DNA of 32,000 bases from Candidatus Iainarchaeum sp. (lineage in GTDB: Archaea > Iainarchaeota > Iainarchaeia > Iainarchaeales > GCA-2688035). This document shows positions 7,915 through 16,276 of the stretch, one piece after another. Below the pieces are notes generated by a model. That model did no database searches, had not been told where the DNA came from, and worked only from the letters and a program-made list of their open reading frames with translations. Where the stretch lies: positions 17,391 to 49,390 of the forward strand of contig JAQTNI010000003.1 in assembly GCA_028713935.1 (NCBI GenBank), read 5' to 3'. Every line of letters begins with the position of its first letter. The stretch's first letter is position 1. The position numbers and the translations under genes were made by a program.

Positions 7915-9000
7915 TTGATTTATTCAGGAGAACATTGCATAGGGGAATTTTTTTCTTGCCCAAAAAAAAATTTAAATAACAAGAAAAAAATAGAAAACCT
8001 GCTTATTACAGGAATAAAAAAATTCGGCCTAACACTTATAGGAATCCACACCCACCAATTTAAGCCATTTGGCCTAACCTCAATAGCAATTATTGGCGAA
8101 TCGCATATTGCTATACATACTTACCCTGAAAATGGGCGTGCCTCCATTGATATTTATACCTGCTCTGAAAAATCAGAAATTCCATTAAAGTTGCTGCAAT
8201 TTTTTAAATGCAAGCTAAAGCCGCAATCAGTAAAAAAAATTTTGGTTTGTAGGGGGAATAGGCTCCAAGTAAAGAATGGCGATTGGGTTGCTGATTCTTC
8301 TTGCCCTGATTTTACCGTAAAATATAAAGTCAAGAAAAAACTTTTTAGCAAAAAATCTAAGCATCAGCAAATAGATATTATTGAAAATAATGCCTTTGGC
8401 AGAATGCTATTTTTGGACAATGATTTGCAAATAGCTGAGAGAGGGTTTGCAAATTATAATAAAGCTCTGATTTCTCCATTAATCAAAGCAAAAAATAAGC
8501 TGAGCAAAATACTCATACTGGGCGGAGGAGACGGCGCACTTGCAGCAGAGCTCTTGAAACATAATCCAAAAAAGGTTACTATTGTAGATATTGATGAAGA
8601 AGTTATTAATGCATCAAAAAAAATTTTGCAAAAAATAAACAAAAATTGTTTTAATGACCAGAGAGTAAAAATCATAATTGATGATGCATGCAGATTCTTA
8701 GAGAAAGAACATAGCTTTGATGCAATCATATGTGATTTAACTATGCATCCTGAAATTTTTTCGAAAAAGAAAAGAGGAGCCTATTTCCATGAAATCTTTT
8801 CAAACATAAATAAAAAATTAACTGCGAATGGGATGATAACAATGCAATTGTGCGCAGAAAATGATATCAATACTTTTAAAATTATAAGCAAATTATTATC
8901 AAAATACTTCGCAGGTATTCAATTCACAAAACAATTTATCCCGGCATATCTACAAAATTGGGTTTTTGTTTCTGCAAAACAAACAGAAAAAAACATTTGA
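7915..9000 (+). CDS. Fusion of pyruvoyl-dependent S-adenosylmethionine decarboxylase (SpeH/SpeD class 1) and a spermidine-synthase-like aminopropyltransferase
   Basis: The N-terminal ~115 aa contain IIGESHIAIHTYPENGRASIDIYTC (ES self-cleavage site and HT(W/Y)PE motif). The C-terminal part contains FGRMLFLDNDLQ, ILILGGGDGALAAELLKH, VTIVDIDEEVI and RVKIIIDDA (SpeE fold). TTG start at 7915 is forced: the in-frame stop is at 7897-7899, there is no ATG before the conserved N-terminus, and an SD aggag lies at 7902-7906. Confidence 0.75.
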   Translation: MIYSGEHCIGEFFSCPKKNLNNKKKIENLLITGIKKFGLTLIGIHTHQFKPFGLTSIAIIGESHIAIHTYPENGRASIDIYTCSEKSEIPLKLLQFFKCKLKPQSVKKILVCRGNRLQVKNGDWVADSSCPDFTVKYKVKKKLFSKKSKHQQIDIIENNAFGRMLFLDNDLQIAERGFANYNKALISPLIKAKNKLSKILILGGGDGALAAELLKHNPKKVTIVDIDEEVINASKKILQKINKNCFNDQRVKIIIDDACRFLEKEHSFDAIICDLTMHPEIFSKKKRGAYFHEIFSNINKKLTANGMITMQLCAENDINTFKIISKLLSKYFAGIQFTKQFIPAYLQNWVFVSAKQTEKNI

Positions 9001-9017
9001 TTTTATTGGGGAATAAA

Positions 9018-10307
9018 ATGAAGATTTTGCTTGTTGGAAGCGGAGGAAGAGAACATGCGCTTGCCTGGAAAATAAGGCAAAGCAGGCTTTGTGAAAAGCT
9101 TTTTTGTGCGCCTGGAAATGCGGGAACCTCTGAAATTGCGGAGAACATTCCAATCAATGCAGAAGATGTCAAGGCACTGGCTGATTTTGCTGAAAAACAT
9201 AAAATTGGCTTGACAATTGTGGGGCCTGAAGCGCCTCTTGTTGAGGGAATTGTGAATGAATTTGAAAAGCGCGGCCTGAAAATTTTTGGGCCAAGCGCAA
9301 AAGCCGCAATGCTTGAGGGAAGCAAGATTTTTGCAAAAAAAATAATGCAAAAATATGGGATTCCGACTGCGGAATCAGGGGAATTTGTTTCTGCAGAAAA
9401 AGCCCTCGCCTACTTGAAAAACAAAGGCGTGCCAATTGTGGTAAAGGCGGATGGCTTGGCAGCGGGAAAAGGGGTTTTTGTCTGCAACAGCCCCGAAGAA
9501 GCGGAAAATGCTGTTAAAAAAATTCTTCTGGAAAGCGCTTTTGGCTCTGCGGGAAAAAAAATCCTGATTGAAGAGTTTCTTGAAGGCGAAGAGGCAAGCT
9601 TTTTGGCTTTCAGCGATGGAAAGAACATTCTTCCAATGGTTTCAAGCCAGGACCATAAAAGGGCTTTTGACAAAGACCTTGGGCCGAATACTGGCGGAAT
9701 GGGAGCTTATTCGCCTGCGCCGGTTGTCACAAAAAAACTTGAAAAAAAAATTTTGAAAGGGATAATGCAGAAAACAATTGATGCAATGAAAAGCGAAGGC
9801 GCAGAGTACAAAGGGGTTCTTTATGCGGGGTTAATGATAAAAAACTGGGAAGCAAAAGTCCTTGAATTCAATGCACGCTTTGGCGACCCTGAGACACAGG
9901 CAATTTTGCCTCGCATGAAATCCGACATTCTGGAAATAATGCTTGCCTGCATTGAAGGAAACCTTGCTGAAAAAAAAATCAAATGGTCAAAAAAGCACTG
10001 CACCTGCGTAGTGCTTGCCTCAGGGGGATATCCGGGCAGGTACAAAAAAAACAAGGAAATTTTTGGGCTTGAAAAAGCTCGGGAAATCAAAAATGCACTT
10101 GTTTTTCATGCGGGAACAAAAATTGAAAATGGGAAGATTTTAACAAATGGCGGCAGGGTTCTTGGAATAAGCGCGCTTGGAAAAACAATTGAGGAATCAA
10201 TAGGCAATGCATATTCAGCTGTTTCAAAAATTTCCTTTGAAAAAATGCATTGCAGGAAAGACATTGGAAAAAAAGCGATTAAGAAAAAATTATCTCACAT
10301 AGCCTAA
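9018..10307 (+). CDS. purD: Phosphoribosylamine-glycine ligase
   Basis: MKILLVGSGGREHALAWK, ATP-grasp core VVKADGLAAGKGV, EFNARFGDPETQ, GGRVLG. Start moved to ATG 9018 because the ORF-track start at 8958 adds 20 non-homologous residues overlapping the upstream gene. Confidence 0.93.
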   Translation: MKILLVGSGGREHALAWKIRQSRLCEKLFCAPGNAGTSEIAENIPINAEDVKALADFAEKHKIGLTIVGPEAPLVEGIVNEFEKRGLKIFGPSAKAAMLEGSKIFAKKIMQKYGIPTAESGEFVSAEKALAYLKNKGVPIVVKADGLAAGKGVFVCNSPEEAENAVKKILLESAFGSAGKKILIEEFLEGEEASFLAFSDGKNILPMVSSQDHKRAFDKDLGPNTGGMGAYSPAPVVTKKLEKKILKGIMQKTIDAMKSEGAEYKGVLYAGLMIKNWEAKVLEFNARFGDPETQAILPRMKSDILEIMLACIEGNLAEKKIKWSKKHCTCVVLASGGYPGRYKKNKEIFGLEKAREIKNALVFHAGTKIENGKILTNGGRVLGISALGKTIEESIGNAYSAVSKISFEKMHCRKDIGKKAIKKKLSHIA

Positions 10308-10535
10308 TTCTTCCATTGCCTCTTCAACAATTACTCCTAGCCTGTTGCTGCCTGGTTTTTCATCCTGCTTCTCTCTGGAACAATCAATTGCACCCTCATT
10401 AATTTCCTTGAGAAGGGAACGCACAGCATGCTTAATCAGGTCAGTGCGGTTCTCAAAAGAAGAATTTTCAAGGGCAGAATCAATTTCTTTCAGAAGCTTA
10501 TTGCCTAAACGAAGAGTAACCAATTTATTTGCCAT
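10290..10535 (-). CDS. Ribbon-helix-helix (CopG/antitoxin-like) DNA-binding protein, orphan
   Basis: MANKLVTLRLGNKLLKEIDSAL...NRTDLIKHAVRSLL has the beta-strand/helix/helix RHH pattern. It aligns with the antitoxin at 23680-23916 (TLR...K.E(I/L)D...E...(T/S)D(L/I)(I/L)...V). The 3' end overlaps the purD 3' end by 18 nt. Confidence 0.6.
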   Translation of the reverse strand: MANKLVTLRLGNKLLKEIDSALENSSFENRTDLIKHAVRSLLKEINEGAIDCSREKQDEKPGSNRLGVIVEEAMEELGYVR

Positions 10536-10626
10536 ACAAAGATATATACATTTGTTGTATAAAAATCTTTGCAAATAGGGCCAAATTATGTATAAGGCGC
10601 ATAAGAAGGCAATTGTATATACAATT
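10536..10626 (-). promoter_or_regulatory. Candidate RHH operator array / promoter
   Basis: Perfect 16-nt palindrome aattgtatatacaatt at 10611-10626. Imperfect 20-nt palindrome acaaagatatatacatttgt at 10536-10555, abutting the RHH ATG. Hexamer TGTATA occurs 3 times on the plus strand (10556, 10589, 10614) and twice on the minus strand (10545-10550, 10618-10623). The minus-strand tttttatac (about 10557-10565) lies ~25 nt upstream of ATG 10535 and is a TATA candidate. Confidence 0.35.
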
Positions 10627-10629
10627 AGA

Positions 10630-11244
10630 TTACAAATCAGTAATTTTTACCTTGTTTTCTTCGACTTTTATTTTTCCTTCCGCAAATAATTTTATTGCCT
10701 TTATGATTACTTCCTGTTCTGCTTTCTGCACCTTGGCTTTGAGGGAATCAACTGTCTCGTTTTCCGCAACAGCCACTGCTTTCTGCATTACAATCGGACC
10801 TGAATCTGCTTCTTCTGACAAAAAGTGCAGTGTGCAGCCAGTCACTTTTACGCCTGAATCCAGAACTTCTTTGTGCACGTCTTTGTCCCAGCCCTTGAAA
10901 GAAGGCAGAAGCGAAGGGTGAATATTCATTGCCCTGTTCCTGAATGCATCAACAAAAATTTTTGTAAGAATCTTGTTATAGCCAATAAGAAGAACCAATT
11001 CCACTTTGCGCTTTTCAAGCTCTTTTACCAACTGCAAATCAAATTCTTCCTTGCTTTTGAAATTTTTTGGATTAAGAAAAATCGCTTCAATGCCGTGCTT
11101 TTTCGCGCGTTCAAGCGCAAATGCATCTGCCTTGTTTGAAACAACACAGGCAATCTGCGCTGAAAGCTTTTTCGCGGCAATCGCATCAATCACTGCCTGC
11201 AAATCACTCCCTTTTGTGCTCGCCAGAACACCAATTTTAAGCAT
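10630..11244 (-). CDS. purN: Phosphoribosylglycinamide formyltransferase (folate-dependent)
   Basis: KIGVLASTKGSDLQAVIDA, NIHPSLLPSFKG, EEADSGPIVMQ (formyltransferase catalytic N-H-D pattern). The ATG directly abuts the folD stop (tgaatg). Confidence 0.9.
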   Translation of the reverse strand: MLKIGVLASTKGSDLQAVIDAIAAKKLSAQIACVVSNKADAFALERAKKHGIEAIFLNPKNFKSKEEFDLQLVKELEKRKVELVLLIGYNKILTKIFVDAFRNRAMNIHPSLLPSFKGWDKDVHKEVLDSGVKVTGCTLHFLSEEADSGPIVMQKAVAVAENETVDSLKAKVQKAEQEVIIKAIKLFAEGKIKVEENKVKITDL

Positions 11245-12096
11245 TCAAACCCCTAAAATTTTTTTTGCAGCAATTATTGTGTTTTCCATTAGGCAGGCAA
11301 CTGTCATTGGCCCAACTCCCCCCGGAACAGGAGTTAGCCAGGAAGCGATTTTTTTTGCTGATTCAAAATCAACATCCCCAAAAACCTTTTTTTCTTCCAC
11401 AAAAATTCCCGCGTCAATAACAATTGCACCCTGCTTTATTATTTCTCCCGAAACAAGGTTTTTTTTCCCTGCTGCGCTTACAAGAATATCTGCTTTTTTC
11501 GTGAAATCCGAAATGTTTTTTGTTGCCTTATGGCAAATGCTTACAGTTGCATTCCTGTTCAGGAGCATTAGTGCAAGCGGCTTTCCAACCACAATTGAAT
11601 GGTTGATTATGCAGGCATTTTTGCCCTCAATTTTAATGCCAGTGCTTTCAATCAGCTTAATTATTCCTTTTGCAGTGCAGGAAGCAAGTGTTTCTGTTCC
11701 CTGGCAAAGCAGGCCAAGGCTTTCAGAGCAGAAGCTGTCAACATCTTTTTCAGGGGAAATTGAATTCAATATTTTTTCCCTGTTAATGTGCAGGGGCAAT
11801 GGCAATTGCACTAAAATTCCATGCACTGCTGCGTCGGAATTCAGGTTTTTGATTTTTTCAATCAGCTCTTTTTCTGAAATTTTTTCAGGCAAAAAAATGT
11901 TTTTTGATTCAATTCCGATTTTTTTGCATGCATCGTGCTTTTTCTGCACATACAATTTTGAATCAGGCCTTTCCCCTACAAGAATAACTGCAAGGCAGGG
12001 AACAATTCCAGTGCCTTTAAGCATGGCAACTTCTTTTTGGAGGCTTTCAAGAAGCTGTTCAGACAATTTTTTTCCGTCAAGAATTTGTGCTGCCAT
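11245..12096 (-). CDS. folD: Bifunctional methylenetetrahydrofolate dehydrogenase/cyclohydrolase
   Basis: MAAQILDGKKLSEQL..., PCLAVILVGERPDSKLYVQKK, VQLPLP, INHSIVVGKPLALML, LTPVPGGVGPMTVACL. Start moved to ATG 12096 because the ORF-track start at 12207 overlaps the guaB 3' end. Confidence 0.9.
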   Translation of the reverse strand: MAAQILDGKKLSEQLLESLQKEVAMLKGTGIVPCLAVILVGERPDSKLYVQKKHDACKKIGIESKNIFLPEKISEKELIEKIKNLNSDAAVHGILVQLPLPLHINREKILNSISPEKDVDSFCSESLGLLCQGTETLASCTAKGIIKLIESTGIKIEGKNACIINHSIVVGKPLALMLLNRNATVSICHKATKNISDFTKKADILVSAAGKKNLVSGEIIKQGAIVIDAGIFVEEKKVFGDVDFESAKKIASWLTPVPGGVGPMTVACLMENTIIAAKKILGV

Positions 12097-12122
12097 AATA
12101 AAACGCTTTTTAAAAAAAAGTT

Positions 12123-14975
12123 TCAGCTGTAATTCTGGGATTCTTCTGTTATTGTAACATCGTGGGGATGGCTTTCGCGAAGCCCTGCAAGCGTTATTCT
12201 GCGCCATTTTGTTTTTAACCTGAGGTCATCAATTGTACCTGCCCCAACCATTCCCATTCCGCTTCTTAAGCCTCCAAGAAGCTGGAAAGACACTTCGCCT
12301 ATTGTGCCCTTGAATGGGACAACTCCTTCAATGCCTTCGGGGACAAGTTTTGCTTCTTCTGCCTTGTCCTGGAAATACCTGTCTGTTACATCGGAGTCTT
12401 TTCTTTCTGTCATTGCCCCAAGCGAGCCCATTCCCCTGTATTGCTTGAGTTTTCTTCCGCCAAAAAAAATCATTCTGCCGGGTGTTTCCTCGCAGCCAGC
12501 AAAAAGCTTTCCAACCATTACGCTGCTTGCGCCTGCTGCTATTGCCTTTACAATGTCTCCTGAATACCTTATGCCGCCGTCTGCAATTATTGGGCAATTG
12601 TGCTTTTCAGCCGCTTCTGCGCATTCTGCTATTGCAGAGAACTGCGGAACTCCTACGCCTGCAATGATTCTTGTGGTGCAATTGTGCACTGCCAAGCGAT
12701 TTGCAACATAAGAATTGTCTTCCTCAACTTCCAAGTTATAAACATTCATGTCCACCTGCTGTTCTTTTACGGAGTCAATTGAAAAATAAATATAGTTGCT
12801 GTCAGACCAAGATTGTTGTTTTTTTGTAATAGTTTCCAATGGCTTTGCATCAAGGCCAAGATCTTTCAAAAATGAATCATATTGCTTTCCAGATACTCCA
12901 AGAATATAAGTGTCTGCCCAATTCTGGTTCTTTGGCTTATGGAGCCCCAAGGAAGGCAAATAGCCCAATCTGGAAATGATTTCCGTAATCTGGAATGCCA
13001 GAGAGGGGGAGGTTGTTTTATATCTCAATCGCCCTGCCTCTGTAAGGCAGCCGTCACCATTTATTGCCCCAACCAAAAAAGATTTTAGAAGGGTAGAATC
13101 TTGGTTTAAAACAAGCTCGGGGGCCTTTTTGTTGTTCGCGCCAAGCACGAATAAAGATTCAAAAAAACCAGCAATAATATTTGAAAACACATGCACAGTT
13201 GCACTATTCCTTTTACTGCTGAATATTACTTTCGATTTGGAATAGCCAAAAACTGTTTCAACCAGCTTTATTATTTCTGAATGGTATTCTTTTTCTTCTG
13301 CAGAAAATGCGAAGCAGAGCTGCCTGTTGTTGGCATTTCCCATTACATAGCCTTCTGCCGCAAAGTATCCAAACAGTTTCATTAGATTCGCATCCAGAGA
13401 AACAAACCTGTTTATTTTGTTTGGCTCAATTTCGCGGGAATAACTGGTTTCATTCAAATAAAAATTGATTTCCTGATTCAGCTGCATGTCAAAAGATTTT
13501 CTGCCATGGACAATGTTTGCAACTATTCTCGGCGTTGTGGAAAATTTTTCAGCAAGCACCGGGAATGACTCCTTGTTCTGGTTAAAACCAATTTTGCCAG
13601 CCCAAATTTTTGCATTATCCCATTCATAATTCGGAAAAAATTCTAAAAGGTCAAAAGTAATTCCTGGGCCTTCAATTTGCCTTGATTCTGCTTTTGGAAC
13701 AGCAACAATATCTTCCGGCTCCAGGAGCCCGGCCGGAATCCAGGACAAACCCTTATTATGCTTGCCTTTCCCAAAAAAATATTTTGCACCAAATTTCTTT
13801 TTCTTATCCACGGGGTAAAAAAAATGCATCCCATAAACAGGGTGATTCGGAGTTATAAATAATTCGCCTGGAGTTCCGCCGGTTTTTATTTTAAGCATTT
13901 TCCCCTTGTGCCTGCGAACATATTTTTTTGTTACCATTCGAGACCTGCCCCTGTGAGTGATAACAAAATCGCCAACTGCTATGTCCGCTATTGGCTTTAC
14001 AGAATAATCTGCCATCAAAACTTGCGCATTCCCATCAAGGCATATGCTTCCCGGCCCAATTCCCACTTTTATTGCGTCTGCTCCCGCTGAAATCAGGTCT
14101 TCTGTTGCCTCTGCTGTTGCAACATTTCCCGCAACAACCTGAATTTCAAATTCTTTTTTGATTTTTTTTAATGCATCAATTACAATTTTGTTATGGCCAT
14201 GGGCAGTGTCAAGGACTATTGCATCAACTTCTGCTTCAACAAGTTTTTTTGCGCGTTCAAATTCTTTCTGGCTTGGCCCTACTGCTGCGCCTACCAAAAG
14301 CCTGCCCTGCTTGTCTTTCAGGGCAAGGGGAAATTTTTCTTTTTTTTGGATGTCTCCTGCAGTAATCAGGCCTTTGAGCCTGCCATCTGAATCCACAATT
14401 GGCAATTTTTCTATTTTGTGCTTGTGGAGTATCTGCTTTGCCTCTTCTGTTGAAACAAATTTGTCAACTGTTACAAGGTTTTTTGTCATGATTTCTGAGA
14501 CCTTTTTTTGAGGGTTATTCTCTAACCACAAATCCCTCTGGGTTACTATGCCGACAAGCCTGTTGTTTTTGTCAAGCACTGGGAAGCTTCCGATGCCGCT
14601 GCTTTTCATCAGGCCCCTTATTTTTGAAAGGGAATCATTTTCAAGAAGCGTGACAGGATTTTGCACTATCCAGAATTCAGAGCGCTTTACTTTTGCGGCT
14701 TCTTCGGCCTGTTTTTCAGGGGGCATGTTGCGGTGGATTATTCCAATTCCGCCCTGCCTTGCAATCGCAATTGCTGCTTTGCTTTCAGTGACAGTGTCCA
14801 TTGCGGCTGAAACAATTGGGATATTGAGAAAAAGTTTTTTTGTAAACCTGGTTTTAAGGTCTGCGTCTTTTGGCAGCACATCTGATGCAGCCGGAACAAG
14901 AAGAATATCATCAAAACTCAGGGCAATTTCCGGAAGGGAGAGTTTTGTTTTCATGATTAATTTGCTTTCAATCAT
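12123..14975 (-). CDS. guaB: IMP dehydrogenase precursor containing an intein
   Basis: [21 protein letters not shown], a CBS pair region (about aa 100-210), and the active-site loop GIGPGSI / CTTR split by a 454-aa insert. The C-terminus has [12 protein letters not shown]. Exteins total 496 aa. An alternative start at ATG 14954 (MKTKLSLPE) would place the TTTTAAAA box ~24 nt upstream. Confidence 0.9.
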   Translation of the reverse strand: MIESKLIMKTKLSLPEIALSFDDILLVPAASDVLPKDADLKTRFTKKLFLNIPIVSAAMDTVTESKAAIAIARQGGIGIIHRNMPPEKQAEEAAKVKRSEFWIVQNPVTLLENDSLSKIRGLMKSSGIGSFPVLDKNNRLVGIVTQRDLWLENNPQKKVSEIMTKNLVTVDKFVSTEEAKQILHKHKIEKLPIVDSDGRLKGLITAGDIQKKEKFPLALKDKQGRLLVGAAVGPSQKEFERAKKLVEAEVDAIVLDTAHGHNKIVIDALKKIKKEFEIQVVAGNVATAEATEDLISAGADAIKVGIGPGSICLDGNAQVLMADYSVKPIADIAVGDFVITHRGRSRMVTKKYVRRHKGKMLKIKTGGTPGELFITPNHPVYGMHFFYPVDKKKKFGAKYFFGKGKHNKGLSWIPAGLLEPEDIVAVPKAESRQIEGPGITFDLLEFFPNYEWDNAKIWAGKIGFNQNKESFPVLAEKFSTTPRIVANIVHGRKSFDMQLNQEINFYLNETSYSREIEPNKINRFVSLDANLMKLFGYFAAEGYVMGNANNRQLCFAFSAEEKEYHSEIIKLVETVFGYSKSKVIFSSKRNSATVHVFSNIIAGFFESLFVLGANNKKAPELVLNQDSTLLKSFLVGAINGDGCLTEAGRLRYKTTSPSLAFQITEIISRLGYLPSLGLHKPKNQNWADTYILGVSGKQYDSFLKDLGLDAKPLETITKKQQSWSDSNYIYFSIDSVKEQQVDMNVYNLEVEEDNSYVANRLAVHNCTTRIIAGVGVPQFSAIAECAEAAEKHNCPIIADGGIRYSGDIVKAIAAGASSVMVGKLFAGCEETPGRMIFFGGRKLKQYRGMGSLGAMTERKDSDVTDRYFQDKAEEAKLVPEGIEGVVPFKGTIGEVSFQLLGGLRSGMGMVGAGTIDDLRLKTKWRRITLAGLRESHPHDVTITEESQNYS
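12681..14042 (-). mobile_element. Class-1 intein with LAGLIDADG homing-endonuclease domain (454 aa)
   Basis: Codons checked on the sequence. gga agc ata TGC (Cys1 at 14042-14040) follows GPGSI, and cac aat (HN, Asn at 12683-12681) precedes TGC (+1 Cys at 12680-12678). Block B is TPNH. The LAGLIDADG motifs are [14 protein letters not shown] (13344-13385) and [15 protein letters not shown] (13044-13088). Block F is [15 protein letters not shown] and block G is RLAVHN/C. Confidence 0.87.
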
Positions 14976-15013
14976 TTTAAAATGCTTTTCTCATTCGATA
15001 AAGAAGGGATTTT

Positions 15014-16276
15014 TTGGGGGCAACAGTAATAGTGGGCTTGCAGTTCGGTGATGAAGGAAAAGGCAAAATAACTGATTTTTTTGCTGAAAAAGCAGACCTC
15101 GTTGCAAGGTTCAATGGCGGCAACAATGCTGGGCATACAGTTGTTGTTGGGGAAAAAAAATTCAAGTTTTTTTTGCTGCCAAGCGGGGCAGCTCATAAAA
15201 AAAAGTGCTGCATTGGTGCAGGAGTTGCCTTAGACCCAAAAACAATGCTGAAAGAAATCACTGGGCTTGGGGAAAAAATTGACCTTGTGATTGATGCAAG
15301 GGCACAGATAGTAATGCCATGGCATAACCTGCTTGACCTTGCGATTGAACAAAAAAAGGATTCCCAAAAAATCGGCACTACTGGCAGGGGAATAGGGCCT
15401 TGCTATGCAGACAGGGCTTCAAGGTCAGGAATAAGGTTTTTGGAGCTTGTGGATGAAAAAAGGCTGCAAAAAAAAATTTCAGAGAATTTTGGACCAAACA
15501 GGCTTTTGCTGGAGCTTGTTTTTGGGTTTTCACCTGGAAGCGATTTTTCAGAAAAAAAAATTTTTGAAGAGTATTCCGAGCTTGGAAAAAAATTGAAAAG
15601 TTATTGCGGGGATGTTTCCCTTGAAACAAGCAATGCAATAAATTCTGGCAAAAAGGTTTTGCTTGAGGCTGCGCAGGGAACTTTTTTGGACAATGATTTT
15701 GGCACTTATCCTTTTGTCACAAGTTCGCATCCGATTGCAGGCGCTGCGCTTACTGGAATTGGGCTGCCTGCAAAGGCAATTGAAAAAATAATCGGGGTTG
15801 CAAAGGCGTACACTACAAGAGTTGGCTCTGGGCCTTTTGCAACAGAGCTTAACAATGAAATTGGAAGCAGGATAAGGGAAAAAGGCATGGAATTTGGCAC
15901 AACTACTGGCAGGCCACGAAGAGTGGGCTGGCTTGATTTGGTTTTATTAAGGACTGCAAACAGGCTGAATGGCACAGGCGAAATTGTAATGACAAAAATC
16001 GATGTGCTTTCAGGCATTGAAGAATTAAACATCTGCACTGAATACCTGCTTGAAGGCAAAACAATAAGAGAGGTTCCTGCTGACACTGAAAAAATTTCCA
16101 AATGCATTCCTGTTTACAAAAAATTTCCCGGCTTTGAAATCAGCGGAAAAGAAAAGTCTTTTGCAGAGCTTGGCAAAAACGCAAGGGCCTATGTTGAATT
16201 TGTTGAAAAAGAACTGAAAACAAGAATTTCAGTTGTTTCAATCGGCGCAGAAAGAAACCAGACAATTCTGCGCTAG
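15014..16276 (+). CDS. purA: Adenylosuccinate synthetase
   Basis: VIVGLQFGDEGKGKITD, NAGHTV, GTTGRGIGPCYADR, GTTTGRPRRVGWLD. TTG start at 15014 is forced: the in-frame stop is at 14999-15001 and there is no ATG before the P-loop. Confidence 0.9.
   Translation: MGATVIVGLQFGDEGKGKITDFFAEKADLVARFNGGNNAGHTVVVGEKKFKFFLLPSGAAHKKKCCIGAGVALDPKTMLKEITGLGEKIDLVIDARAQIVMPWHNLLDLAIEQKKDSQKIGTTGRGIGPCYADRASRSGIRFLELVDEKRLQKKISENFGPNRLLLELVFGFSPGSDFSEKKIFEEYSELGKKLKSYCGDVSLETSNAINSGKKVLLEAAQGTFLDNDFGTYPFVTSSHPIAGAALTGIGLPAKAIEKIIGVAKAYTTRVGSGPFATELNNEIGSRIREKGMEFGTTTGRPRRVGWLDLVLLRTANRLNGTGEIVMTKIDVLSGIEELNICTEYLLEGKTIREVPADTEKISKCIPVYKKFPGFEISGKEKSFAELGKNARAYVEFVEKELKTRISVVSIGAERNQTILR

Noticed and set aside
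8958-9017. N-terminal extension of purD in the ORF track (MGFCFCKTNRKKHLILLGNK)
   Set aside because: It overlaps the upstream gene and is absent from the PurD consensus, which begins MKILLVGSGGREHA at ATG 9018.
11006-12157. 383-aa plus-strand ORF antisense to purN/folD
   Set aside because: It lies entirely opposite two strongly recognisable genes. The protein is a low-complexity S/F/I/A-rich shadow with no motifs. It is typical antisense openness in an AT-rich genome.
12097-12207. N-terminal extension of folD overlapping the guaB 3' end
   Set aside because: The FolD consensus starts at MAAQILDGKK (ATG 12096). The extension is non-homologous and overlaps guaB coding sequence.
14548-15051. 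167-aa plus-strand ORF overlapping the guaB 5' region and the purA start
   Set aside because: It is antisense to the conserved IMPDH N-terminal barrel and would collide with the purA start.
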